A stretch of DNA of 64,000 nt from an uncultured Clostridia bacterium (GTDB lineage Bacteria > Bacillota > Clostridia > Oscillospirales > Ruminococcaceae), in NCBI GenBank assembly GCA_944387995.1, contig CALXHB010000025.1:5458-69457 (forward strand). Reading direction: 5' to 3'. Below the pieces are notes generated by a model. It saw nothing but the letters and a program-made list of their open reading frames with translations, made no database searches and had not been told where the DNA came from. The position numbers and the translations under genes are program-made. Shown here one piece after another: positions 25,611-34,118 of this stretch. Every line of letters begins with the position of its first letter. Position 1 is the stretch's first letter.

Positions 25611-25847
25611 TCAATTTCCCTCTTTTAGGTCCTCCGGTGTCAGCCGCAGCTGTTCCCCGTCCGGCAGGGTAAAGGCAAGGCTGCAATCTAAAGCCTCTGC
25701 AATTCTGACCAGATCAGCGGCGGTGAAACTATCCCGGTACATTTTATTGTTCAGCGATTGTACCGAATAACCCATCGCAGCCGCAAGATCTTTATTTTTG
25801 AATCCGCGCAGTTTCATCAGCGCTCGAATCTTATTGGATATCGACAT
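25611..25847 (-). CDS. XRE-family helix-turn-helix regulator
   Basis: 78 aa. IRALMKLRGFKNKDLAAAMGYSVQSLNNKMYR is an HTH_3-like region. GGAGGA RBS. Confidence 0.8.
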   Translation of the reverse strand: MSISNKIRALMKLRGFKNKDLAAAMGYSVQSLNNKMYRDSFTAADLVRIAEALDCSLAFTLPDGEQLRLTPEDLKEGN

Positions 25848-25874
25848 AAAAAGTCCTCCAACCGCAAAAAATGC

Positions 25875-25903
25875 TTGACAAATGGGTTATAGTCGGCTAT
25901 AAT
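25875..25903 (+). promoter_or_regulatory. consensus sigma-70 promoter for the 67-aa ORF
   Basis: TTGACA, 17-nt spacer, TATAAT. An imperfect palindrome ATCTCATATACGAGAT (25904-25919) follows immediately. Confidence 0.65.
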
Positions 25904-25958
25904 ATCTCATATACGAGATTTGCATCTTTTAACAAGGATTTAAAAGGAGATAATCCAG

Positions 25959-26162
25959 ATGTCCCTCTTTGACCTCTATGTGGCATGGGTCGAGAAAAAA
26001 GACTCCCCCGGCTATGTAAATGCCGAACTGGCCGCCCGTCCGGTGATGGACAAACTGACCGGTCCGGACGCCGACTTTCTCCTCCAGACAATCACCGACC
26101 GGGAGTATGCCGCTTACGCCGCCGGATTCCGGACAGCGGTGCTGCTTTTGGCCGGAATATGA
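25959..26162 (+). CDS. hypothetical 67-aa protein divergent from the XRE regulator
   Basis: AAAGGAG RBS and a consensus promoter. MSLFDLYVAWVEKKDSPGY...; no family recognised. Confidence 0.6.
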   Translation: MSLFDLYVAWVEKKDSPGYVNAELAARPVMDKLTGPDADFLLQTITDREYAAYAAGFRTAVLLLAGI

Positions 26163-26205
26163 AAATACCCCTGCAAGCATGACGCTTGGAGGGGCATACA
26201 TTCTA

Positions 26206-26282
26206 TGGTGGACGCACTGGGACTCGAACCCAGGACCTCAGCGATGTGAACGCTGCGCTCTAACCAGCTGAGCTATGCCTCC
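26206..26282 (-). tRNA. tRNA-Val (anticodon CAC)
   Basis: Minus strand: GGAGGCATAGCTCAGCTGGTTAGAGCGCAGCGTTCACATCGCTGAGGTCCTGGGTTCGAGTCCCAGTGCGTCCACCA. Loop TTCACAT. One acceptor-stem mismatch (G4/G69) was noted. Confidence 0.8.
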
Positions 26283-26328
26283 GATACGAAAAGGGCGGAC
26301 CCACACTTGAGCCCGCTGCCTTTTGAGA

Positions 26329-26405
26329 TGGTGTGGATAAATGGACTTGAACCATCGACCCCCTGCATGTCAAGCAGGTACTCTAACCAGCTGAGCTATA
26401 CCCAC
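26329..26405 (-). tRNA. tRNA-Val (anticodon GAC), copy 2, identical to copy 1
   Basis: Same 77-nt sequence as 24818-24894. Confidence 0.9.
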
Positions 26406-26438
26406 ATTCGGAAATCTGACTTACGTGACAGCTATTAT

Positions 26439-26467
26439 ATTATAGCGCAAGGGGACAGGTTTGTCAA
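26439..26467 (-). promoter_or_regulatory. consensus sigma-70 promoter of the tRNA-Val(GAC)-tRNA-Val(CAC) pair
   Basis: Minus strand: TTGACA, 17-nt spacer, TATAAT. Confidence 0.6.
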
Positions 26468-26538
26468 CCCAGAATTTAGATTTTTCCAATTAAGGCAAAA
26501 TGCCATTTTTATAATCGCTATTTTTTGTGCCTATTAAC

Positions 26539-26576
26539 AAAAGGCGCGCAGACTTTCCGGTTTGCGCGCCTTTTTG
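26539..26576. terminator. intrinsic terminator after the lipoprotein gene
   Basis: AAGGCGCGCA...TGCGCGCCTT stem with flanking A- and T-runs. Confidence 0.75.
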
Positions 26577-27398
26577 TCATTCTGCCGTTTGAAAGCCCCA
26601 GCTGAGTTTGCCGCCGACATCCTCCCCGTCCCATTGGGCGGTGACCTGGTAGACACTGTCCGGCTGAGCAGTAAAGGTAAAGCTTTCGTCCACCGCTACC
26701 GCCTCGCCGTCGGGAATCGACTTACTTCCCCGGTCGGAAGAGTCCCACCGCTGGAGGGTCACCACATCCGGGTCCCCGTCGGTCCCCGCAAAGGACAGGG
26801 TGAGGGTATCGTCCTCGGCGAGGTTGACCTTCACCAGATGGGCATCCTCCCAGCGGAGAGGATGGTCGGAGTCCTGCATCACGCTGGAACCGTCCCGGCT
26901 CCAGGAGGAACTCCCCCGAAGGGGCATCGTGCAGCTGGAAGTGGAACCGTTCTGCTGCAAAATCTGCAAAACCGGCATCCCGTAATTGTCGGTACCGGAG
27001 GAAAGATTGGCCTGGGCAGTGTTCCACTGGGCAATCAGGTCGGAGACATCCTCCGTCTGCCCGGTCAGAGAGACCTGTTCACAGCCTGACAGGGTGGACG
27101 GCCAGGTTTCCAGCACCGAGGTGCAGCTGTACTCCACCACCTGCCCGGGAGCCAGATCAGCGGGCAGCACCGTATGGCCCTCGGCATCCAGCCACTCGAC
27201 CCCGTTAAACCCTATAAAGGTGGCCCCGCCAATTCCCTCGGTTCCTTCGGGAGCCAGGTAAACTCCCGTTGCGGTGACCTCAAAGATCACGCCGGTTTCC
27301 TGGGTCACAGCCTCCGCCCCAGCGGAACATCCGCCCAGGGACAGGGCCGCCCAGACCGCTCCAGCGGTGGCCGCCAGAACTTTCCGGATTTTCACCAT
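26577..27398 (-). CDS. hypothetical lipoprotein
   Basis: Start refined to MVKIRKVLAATAGAVWAALSLGGCSAG (lipobox LGGC). No family recognised. Confidence 0.6.
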   Translation of the reverse strand: MVKIRKVLAATAGAVWAALSLGGCSAGAEAVTQETGVIFEVTATGVYLAPEGTEGIGGATFIGFNGVEWLDAEGHTVLPADLAPGQVVEYSCTSVLETWPSTLSGCEQVSLTGQTEDVSDLIAQWNTAQANLSSGTDNYGMPVLQILQQNGSTSSCTMPLRGSSSWSRDGSSVMQDSDHPLRWEDAHLVKVNLAEDDTLTLSFAGTDGDPDVVTLQRWDSSDRGSKSIPDGEAVAVDESFTFTAQPDSVYQVTAQWDGEDVGGKLSWGFQTAE

Positions 27399-27550
27399 AA
27401 AAAAACATCCCCTTTGCGTATTTCCCATGAAAGGCCGATTGCCTTTCACAGGTAATACGCGCGGGAGATGGAAAAAGTTGCATAGAAGATTTTGTTAAGA
27501 TAAAAACCTTTCGACGCCTCTGTCAAAAAATCCGACGGAAAAGCAGCCGT

Positions 27551-28678
27551 TTATTTCTTCTTGTAGGCGGCAAAATCCGACTTCACCGCTTTATAAACCT
27601 GCAAACCTTTTTTCTGGCCAAACCGGCGGATAATCCCCCGGTAGAACTCCTGTTTACCCTCGGACGAGAGAATTGCTTCGGCCACGGCAGCCCGCTGTTC
27701 CCGGCTGCAAACGTCCCCCAGTTCCGGCTCCAGTCTGGTAATCAAAGCCGCCAGCTGGGAGGAATCCGGTTTGCTGCTGTGGTTTTCGGACGGTGCCTGT
27801 TCCTTTTCCCGACGGGTGTTGTTGTGGCCCCGGCGGCGGCGGGGACGGGTTTCCTCCCCTTCTTCCTTGGGAGCGGCTTCCTCTTTTGACATGGGGAAAA
27901 GTAACGGGCTAAAGACCGCCTCTTCCTCGGCGTCCATCTCCGCCTGTTTCATCCGGGATGCGGCGCTGGGTTCATCCAAATCCCCGCCGTCGTCCTGCCT
28001 GGAAGGCGTCTCCGCTACAACCGGTTTGACCTCTTCCGGCTGAGGCGGTTCCTCCCCTTCTTCCGCAAACCGCAGGGCGGCAAAAACCGCCGCGGTCTCT
28101 TCATCCGACATCTCTTGGTCGGTACCGACATCAGGTTGCTCTTCCGCTTCCGGCTGGGCTTCTGCCGATTCTTCCGGCTGCTGGGTCACTTCGTCGATGG
28201 TGAACTGGTCGTAGACGGCCGAGTCTCCCACCGCCACATCCACCTCGTCGGGACTTTCATCCGGTTCCACCGCCTTGACGGGGCGGCCGGTAAAGGCACT
28301 GTGGGCGACGGCGTTGGCGATATTCGACCGGCGATAGACGACGCAGTCGGTGGGAATATACTGGCTGCTCCAGAAATCGTACAGCGCGTCAAATCCGGAA
28401 TCGTTGCTGATGATATAAAGGTGGGTATACAGTCCGCTGGCCAACAGATACCCCAACAGGGTCGACAGCTGGAAATCCAGGGAATTTTTCCCGCCCCGGC
28501 GAATCTGGTAATATTCGACGTTGGCCTCACAGCTGAGGATCTTCTGGTGCATCTCAAAGCTCAAGGTGTTGGAGTTCTGGCTGTACAGAATGACCACCTG
28601 GTCCTCCATCCCCAGCGTTTCGATGCCCACAAGCCCCGCGGACTTGACGTTTTCAAAATCAATCAAAAAAGCTCTCAT
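27551..28678 (-). CDS. NYN/PIN-like N-terminal domain protein with a long acidic disordered linker
   Basis: The N-terminal ~125 aa (MRAFLIDFENV...LYIISNDSGFDALYDFW) resemble LabA/NYN-type domains. Residues ~140-290 are E/D/P-rich. Short basic C-terminal domain. Confidence 0.5.
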   Translation of the reverse strand: MRAFLIDFENVKSAGLVGIETLGMEDQVVILYSQNSNTLSFEMHQKILSCEANVEYYQIRRGGKNSLDFQLSTLLGYLLASGLYTHLYIISNDSGFDALYDFWSSQYIPTDCVVYRRSNIANAVAHSAFTGRPVKAVEPDESPDEVDVAVGDSAVYDQFTIDEVTQQPEESAEAQPEAEEQPDVGTDQEMSDEETAAVFAALRFAEEGEEPPQPEEVKPVVAETPSRQDDGGDLDEPSAASRMKQAEMDAEEEAVFSPLLFPMSKEEAAPKEEGEETRPRRRRGHNNTRREKEQAPSENHSSKPDSSQLAALITRLEPELGDVCSREQRAAVAEAILSSEGKQEFYRGIIRRFGQKKGLQVYKAVKSDFAAYKKK

Positions 28679-28712
28679 GGATGGTCCTTTCTAGCAATAC
28701 ATTTGACTCTTC

Positions 28713-29990
28713 TCAGCCGTCCTGGCCGTCCAGCATCTCCCGGGCAGCGTCGGGGTCCAGCCGCTCCACCTCCCGCAGCTTGCGGCTGATGGCCCGGGTC
28801 CGGGCGCCCACCAGCTTGTCCAGGTCATCCCCTGCCAGCTGAAGCCGTTTCTGGGTGGAGGCGAGCACCTCAGAAAAGCGGTCAAATTCGGTCCGGACCG
28901 CCCCCAAAAGCCGCCAGACCTCCTCCGAGCGCTGGCTGAGGGCCACCGACCGAAATCCCATCTGTAAAGCGTTTAAGAGGGCCGCCATCGTGCTGGGGCC
29001 GGCGATGCTCACGTTATACTCCCGCTGAAGGGTCTCCACCATTCCCCGGTTCACCGCCTCCGCGTAAAGCCCCTCAAAGGGCAAAAACATCACCCCAAAG
29101 GCGGTGGTGTCGGGAGGCGCGAGGTACTTATCCCGAATATCCTTCGCAAAGCTCTTGAGCCGGGCTTCCAGCTGGCTCCCCGCTTCCTTAATCTGCCCGG
29201 GGTCCCCCAGATCATAGGCGTCCTGCAAAGCCCCATAGGCGTCGGCGGGGAATTTGGAGTCGATGGGCATCAAAACGGTGTGCCCTTCCTCCCCCGGCAT
29301 CTTGATGGCGAACTCGACCCGGGCGGAAGACCCGGGGACTGTCACGGCATTTTCCAGATACTGTTCCGGAGCGAGAATCTCCGACAGCAGGGCGGAAAGC
29401 TGCACCTCTCCGAGAATACCCCGGGTCTTGACGTTGCCGAGGATTTTCTTGAGGTCTCCTACCCCGGCCGCCAGCGTCTGCATCTCTCCCAGCCCTTTGT
29501 ACACCTGTTCCAGCTGGCCGCTGACCGCCTTAAAGGATTCGCCCACCCGCCGTTCTAGGGAAGCCTGGAGCTTTTCATCCACCGAACTGCGGATGGTTTC
29601 CAGGCTCTGGGCGGTATCCGCCTGCATCTGCCGGAGAGTATTCCGCATCTCCTCCGACTGGGCCCGCAGGGCGTCGGCGGTGGAAGCCTGGGCGGCGTAA
29701 AGCTGCCGCTCCATCGCCTGCAGGCTGGTCTGCTGGGCGGCGGAGGCGGTCCGCTGGTTATTGGCGATGAGGTTGCCGAAGGTCTGGGCCGCGTGTTCTG
29801 CCTGCCGGGCGGAGGCGCTTGCCACCGACCCTTCAATCCGGTCCAGCGCCCCGTCCAAAAGCTCTTCCAGATCGTCGGCTGTATCCCGGCTCGATCGCCG
29901 GACCGCCTTAAGCGCCGACAGCGACGCGATTAGTCCCGCCGCCGATAACCCCGCCGCCAGGGCTGCCAGAAAAAGGGTAAGCCCTTCCAT
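28713..29990 (-). CDS. rmuC: DNA recombination protein RmuC
   Basis: 425 aa. N-terminal TM anchor, long coiled coil, and a C-terminal core VEFAIKMPG...LMPIDSKFP...FGVMFLPFEGLY...IAGPSTMAALLNALQMGF. Confidence 0.85.
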   Translation of the reverse strand: MEGLTLFLAALAAGLSAAGLIASLSALKAVRRSSRDTADDLEELLDGALDRIEGSVASASARQAEHAAQTFGNLIANNQRTASAAQQTSLQAMERQLYAAQASTADALRAQSEEMRNTLRQMQADTAQSLETIRSSVDEKLQASLERRVGESFKAVSGQLEQVYKGLGEMQTLAAGVGDLKKILGNVKTRGILGEVQLSALLSEILAPEQYLENAVTVPGSSARVEFAIKMPGEEGHTVLMPIDSKFPADAYGALQDAYDLGDPGQIKEAGSQLEARLKSFAKDIRDKYLAPPDTTAFGVMFLPFEGLYAEAVNRGMVETLQREYNVSIAGPSTMAALLNALQMGFRSVALSQRSEEVWRLLGAVRTEFDRFSEVLASTQKRLQLAGDDLDKLVGARTRAISRKLREVERLDPDAAREMLDGQDG

Positions 29991-29995
29991 CGGGA

Positions 29996-30211
29996 TTACT
30001 TATGGACCCGGTCGAAACCAAAGCTCTTAAACAGCTCGGTCACCCGGGCGGAAAACTGGAGAGGATTGCGGCAGTTTTCCGCAACGCCGGGGATCTTCTC
30101 CCGGGCGGCCTTAAAACGGGCTTCCCCTTCGGGGCTATCCTCTCCCAAAAACCAGCATTGGCTGGACCAACAGTCAAATTTCAGATTCAGGTTGTATGCT
30201 TTTTCTGCCAT
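29996..30211 (-). CDS. hypothetical 71-aa protein
   Basis: Start refined to MAEKAYNLNLKFDCWSSQCW after a GAGGAGG RBS. Lies 5 nt upstream of rmuC. Confidence 0.5.
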   Translation of the reverse strand: MAEKAYNLNLKFDCWSSQCWFLGEDSPEGEARFKAAREKIPGVAENCRNPLQFSARVTELFKSFGFDRVHK

Positions 30212-30283
30212 ATAGGCCTCCTCGGGATTCTGTGAATCCCTGTCTTTGGGAAAAGACCGGCCCCTCGGCCAGTCCATTCCGGT

Positions 30284-31492
30284 TTACAGTTTGCTGCCCT
30301 TTGCCCCGCCAAAGGAGGCGCCTTCCAGGATTTTGGTATCAAAATCGTAGTGAATCTCGGCCTCTTCCCGCTGGCGCTTGAGAGCCAGGTTAATCATCTG
30401 CTCTAGCAATTCGGTGTAGGACACCCCCAGCGGCTCCCAGAGATAGAAGGAGAGGGACCCGGGGATGGTGTTGATCTCGTTAATCCAGATTTCCCGGGTG
30501 GCGCTGTCCATCATAAAGTCAATCCGGGACACGCCGCAGCAGCCGAGAGCCTTAAAAGCCTCCACCGCCGTCTTGCGGACAAAGGCCCGCTCTTCCTCGG
30601 AAATGTCCGCCGGAATCTTGCGGGAAAGGCTGGCCATCCCCTCGGAAGAGCCGGAGGACTTACTGCCACCTTTGCTGCCGCCCGGCATATACTTCTGGGT
30701 GTAGTCAAGGATGTCGTCTCCCTTGGCCACCGGCTCCTCACATTCCGAAGCCTTGGCCTCATCCACATCCCCCAGGACCGAGCAGTTGATCTCCTTTAAG
30801 TTGGGGACCGCCCGCTCCACCAGAACGGTTCTGGCAAACTGGAAGGCGTAGTCCATCGCCCCGGCCAGGGCTTCCCGGTCGGAGGCCTTGCGGACGCCGA
30901 CGCTGGACCCCAGGTCCACCGGCTTTACGATGACCGGATAGCCGATCTTCTCTTCCACCCGGTTCAAAAACGCTTCCGGCCCGGCCAGGTAATCCTTGAA
31001 GGTCACCTTCAGGCAGGGGAGCACCGGCAGACCCGCTTCCTTCCAGACGCACTTCATCATATACTTATCCATGCCCAGGGCCGAAGCCAGCACGTCGCAG
31101 CCCACAAAGGGAACGCCGAGGGTCTTTAGATACCCCTGCAAAGCCCCGTCCTCCACGTTGGTGCCGTGGACGATCGGGAAGATGATGTCAAGGGTGTCCA
31201 CCAGATTGTTGCCCAGCTTTTTCATCGGGTAGCGGATCAGCTCCACCCGGCCGTTTGCCGGAATCAGCAGCACCTGCTGGCACTGTTCGGTGACCGCCTT
31301 GAGGCCGTGGCGATAGCTTTCAATCTTGCCCGCCGCCTCGCCGGTGTAGAAGGTGTTCTGCCGGGTCATATAGATCGGAACCACGTCATATTTCGAGCGG
31401 TCGATGCTGGCAGCCGCCTGCAAAGCCGAGATAATCGAGACCTCATGTTCGACGCTCTTGCCGCCGAAGAGGATACCCAGTTTGATTTTCAT
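30284..31492 (-). CDS. ddl: D-alanine--D-alanine ligase family protein (long form, 402 aa)
   Basis: MKIKLGILFGGKSVEHEVSIISA N-terminus, ATP-grasp body, and EINTIPG near the C-terminus. Gly/Ser/Lys-rich insertion between KY and PA. Confidence 0.8.
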   Translation of the reverse strand: MKIKLGILFGGKSVEHEVSIISALQAAASIDRSKYDVVPIYMTRQNTFYTGEAAGKIESYRHGLKAVTEQCQQVLLIPANGRVELIRYPMKKLGNNLVDTLDIIFPIVHGTNVEDGALQGYLKTLGVPFVGCDVLASALGMDKYMMKCVWKEAGLPVLPCLKVTFKDYLAGPEAFLNRVEEKIGYPVIVKPVDLGSSVGVRKASDREALAGAMDYAFQFARTVLVERAVPNLKEINCSVLGDVDEAKASECEEPVAKGDDILDYTQKYMPGGSKGGSKSSGSSEGMASLSRKIPADISEEERAFVRKTAVEAFKALGCCGVSRIDFMMDSATREIWINEINTIPGSLSFYLWEPLGVSYTELLEQMINLALKRQREEAEIHYDFDTKILEGASFGGAKGSKL

Positions 31493-31554
31493 AGATAGTC
31501 AGACCTTTCCTGTCCAGGTAATTGAGATCATGCTGGCCTCCATGGCCAGAGCGT

Positions 31555-33138
31555 TTAATAGTTATCCGGCAGATCGTTTTCCAGAAGGACGATCTTCTGT
31601 CTGCCGCCGGTGCGGATATTTTCCACCGTTTTTAAGGCTGCGGTCAGGTCATGCTCCACAAAGGCCTTTTCCCGGGGGAATCCGGCGTCCAAAAGCCCCG
31701 CCAGAATCGGTTCCGCATGCTTTTCGCCCACCAGCACCGCATAGTCGCAGACCGCTGCGGCCTGGCTGCCAAACACTCGGTTCAGCTCTTCCTGCCGGCT
31801 GCCCAGCTCGACCATGCCGGGGGTCACGAGAATTTTGACCCCATCAAACTGCCCGAGGGTGTCCAGGGCCGCTTTAGCCCCGCTAGGGTTGGAGTTGTAG
31901 GCGTCGTCGATGATGAGGGAGCTGCCGCCCCGGATGAGCTGCAGCCGGTGGGGAACGCTTTCCAGCTGCCGCACCTGGGGGATTAAATCCTCCATCGGAA
32001 CACCGAGGGTGTTGGCAGCGGCGATGGCACCGGTGATGTTCAGGACGTTGTGGGCGCCGATGAGCCGGGTGGTGAAACGGTAGTCCTTCCCATCCCGGGC
32101 AATCGTGAAGGAGGACCCTTCCGCCGAGACCGAGATGTCCCGGGCAAAGTAGTCGGCGTCTTCCCGTTCAATGCCATACTTGACCGCCGGACGGCCGGGG
32201 TTCTGGGAACGGATATACTCGTTGTCCCAGTTTAAAAAGACGGTGCCGTCCTGGGGAAGGGCGTCCCGCAGCTCAAACTTGGTCTTGATGACGTTGTCGA
32301 TGCTCTTAAAGCTTTCTAAGTGCTGGGGCCCAATCGAGGTGAGCACCCCGTACCGGGGAGAGACGATGTCACAGATCTCCTTGATGTCTCCGATGTTGCG
32401 GGCACCCATCTCGCAGAGAAAGATCTCGTGGGTCGGCCGCAGGGACATCCGCACCGTTTTCACCACGCCCATCGTGGTGTTGTAGCTTTCGGGGGTCATC
32501 AGGACGTTATACTTGGCGGAAAGGAGCTTGCGCAAAAAGAACTTGACGCTGGTCTTGCCGTAGCTCCCGGTGATGCCGACCACCTTGAGGGACGGCATCT
32601 CCCGCAGCATCCGTTTCGCGTCGTTGATATACCAGTTGTTGATCGACCGTTCGATCGGGCGGTTGACCCAGTTGGCCGCGAGGACATAGTACCCTGCTAC
32701 AAAGTGGGAGAGGGGCAGTAAAATTCCCACCCCCAGGGGGATTTTCCAGCTGCCAATCCAGACGGACGGAATCAGCAGTGCGACAATCGCCGTCAGGAGC
32801 ATCAACACCCCCAGGCTCACCAGCATCCGTTTAACCCGGGCGGTGTAAACCAGCGGCTTTTTCGCCTTGCGGGGGCGTCCCAGATAGGCGGTAACGGCAA
32901 ACAGCAGAATCGACAGGATCATCCCCACTTTCCCGCAGAAAAGGGTCAGCCAGGGGGCCAGCAGCACCCCCAGATTCCGTCCGATAAAGGCCGGCAGGAA
33001 GTTTTTCTGAAACCAGGCCCGCTGTTCATGGGGCTTATAGGAGTTAAGCTGGAAGATATGCAAGTTATAAAGAGCCAGCATCACAAAACTGGCCGCCCAG
33101 CTAATCACCAGCAGCATCATCGGAATCCATTCAAACAT
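31555..33138 (-). CDS. MurF-like Mur ligase with an N-terminal multi-TM domain
   Basis: Residues 1-165 are hydrophobic (4-5 predicted helices). Then P-loop GITGSYGKTS and the MurF-type DDAYNSNP motif. Confidence 0.65.
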   Translation of the reverse strand: MFEWIPMMLLVISWAASFVMLALYNLHIFQLNSYKPHEQRAWFQKNFLPAFIGRNLGVLLAPWLTLFCGKVGMILSILLFAVTAYLGRPRKAKKPLVYTARVKRMLVSLGVLMLLTAIVALLIPSVWIGSWKIPLGVGILLPLSHFVAGYYVLAANWVNRPIERSINNWYINDAKRMLREMPSLKVVGITGSYGKTSVKFFLRKLLSAKYNVLMTPESYNTTMGVVKTVRMSLRPTHEIFLCEMGARNIGDIKEICDIVSPRYGVLTSIGPQHLESFKSIDNVIKTKFELRDALPQDGTVFLNWDNEYIRSQNPGRPAVKYGIEREDADYFARDISVSAEGSSFTIARDGKDYRFTTRLIGAHNVLNITGAIAAANTLGVPMEDLIPQVRQLESVPHRLQLIRGGSSLIIDDAYNSNPSGAKAALDTLGQFDGVKILVTPGMVELGSRQEELNRVFGSQAAAVCDYAVLVGEKHAEPILAGLLDAGFPREKAFVEHDLTAALKTVENIRTGGRQKIVLLENDLPDNY

Positions 33139-33150
33139 CGTTGCACCCCT

Positions 33151-33948
33151 TTACGCTTTGTCGCTCTGGAGATAGCTCCCCAGCACCCGGGAAAAGAGTC
33201 CCCAGTCCTCCAGGAAGGGGAAGTGGCTGCCGCCGGGGATTTTCACCAGCGCCGCCCCCGGCATCAGCTTTTCAATGGTCTCCCCGTCCGACAGGGGGGT
33301 AGCGGTGTCCTTCTCCCCCCAGAGCAGGAGGGCAGACTGCCGAATCAGCGGCATTTTCGGGGTCATATCGGTGTTGACGCACTTCACCAGCGTCTGACGC
33401 ATCAGCGGGGAGGCGTTTAAATAGTCGGCACTCCCGTGGCTGCGGCGGAGATTTTCCAGCGCGTCGGGATAAAGGGCCCGGCAAAACGGGGTTTCCAAAA
33501 TCCGGCGGCAGATTTTATACTGCCGGGTTCGGAGCTTCTGCTTGAAGGTCTTGTGGGGCAGGACGCCGGCCGCGTCCATCAGCACCATCCGGGTGATGAC
33601 AAAGGGGAGATTCTCCCGGGAAGCCACCTCAAAGGAGATCCTTCCCCCGTGGGAATGGCCCATCAAAAGGACCTTTTTCAGCCCCAGTTTCTCGATAAAA
33701 TGGATCACAAACCCGGCGTATTCCGCCACTCCCCAGGGGACGTCCGGCTCCGCAGTCCCCCCAAAGCCCGGCAGGTCCGGCGCCACCACCGGAAGGTATT
33801 CCCCCATAAAGCCCAAAAGCCGGGGATAAACCGATGTAGGGGCTCCCCAGCCGTGAAGGAAGACGAGGGTCTCCCGCTCCGGGGAGGGTTCCCCAATCTG
33901 GACATACTGGACGCTCAAGCCGTCAATTTCGATCCGCTGGGTCTGCAT
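33151..33948 (-). CDS. alpha/beta hydrolase
   Basis: 265 aa. HGWG oxyanion region and GHSHGG nucleophile elbow. Only 12 nt upstream of the MurF-like gene. Confidence 0.7.
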   Translation of the reverse strand: MQTQRIEIDGLSVQYVQIGEPSPERETLVFLHGWGAPTSVYPRLLGFMGEYLPVVAPDLPGFGGTAEPDVPWGVAEYAGFVIHFIEKLGLKKVLLMGHSHGGRISFEVASRENLPFVITRMVLMDAAGVLPHKTFKQKLRTRQYKICRRILETPFCRALYPDALENLRRSHGSADYLNASPLMRQTLVKCVNTDMTPKMPLIRQSALLLWGEKDTATPLSDGETIEKLMPGAALVKIPGGSHFPFLEDWGLFSRVLGSYLQSDKA

Positions 33949-34118
33949 AGAATCCGCCCTTCCATTGATGTTAAAAGTATACCGGCGGCGGTCAAGCCCC
34001 GGCCAAAATGCCCTTTTCCAAAACAGGTCATATCTAAATTAGTATAATGCAAAATCACTTCCCTGTCAAGGAAAAAGCCCCCCGGTATACTATACCGGAG
34101 AGCCTGTTTCAATGCCTA

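Noticed and set aside
30284-33138. Ddl plus MurF-like genes together with the D-2-hydroxyacid dehydrogenase at 63123-64000, considered as a vancomycin-resistance (vanH-vanA-vanX) cluster.
   Set aside because: The dehydrogenase is 30 kb away. There is no VanX/VanY dipeptidase or VanRS next to either gene. The two-component system at 48.9-51.1 kb is unlinked.
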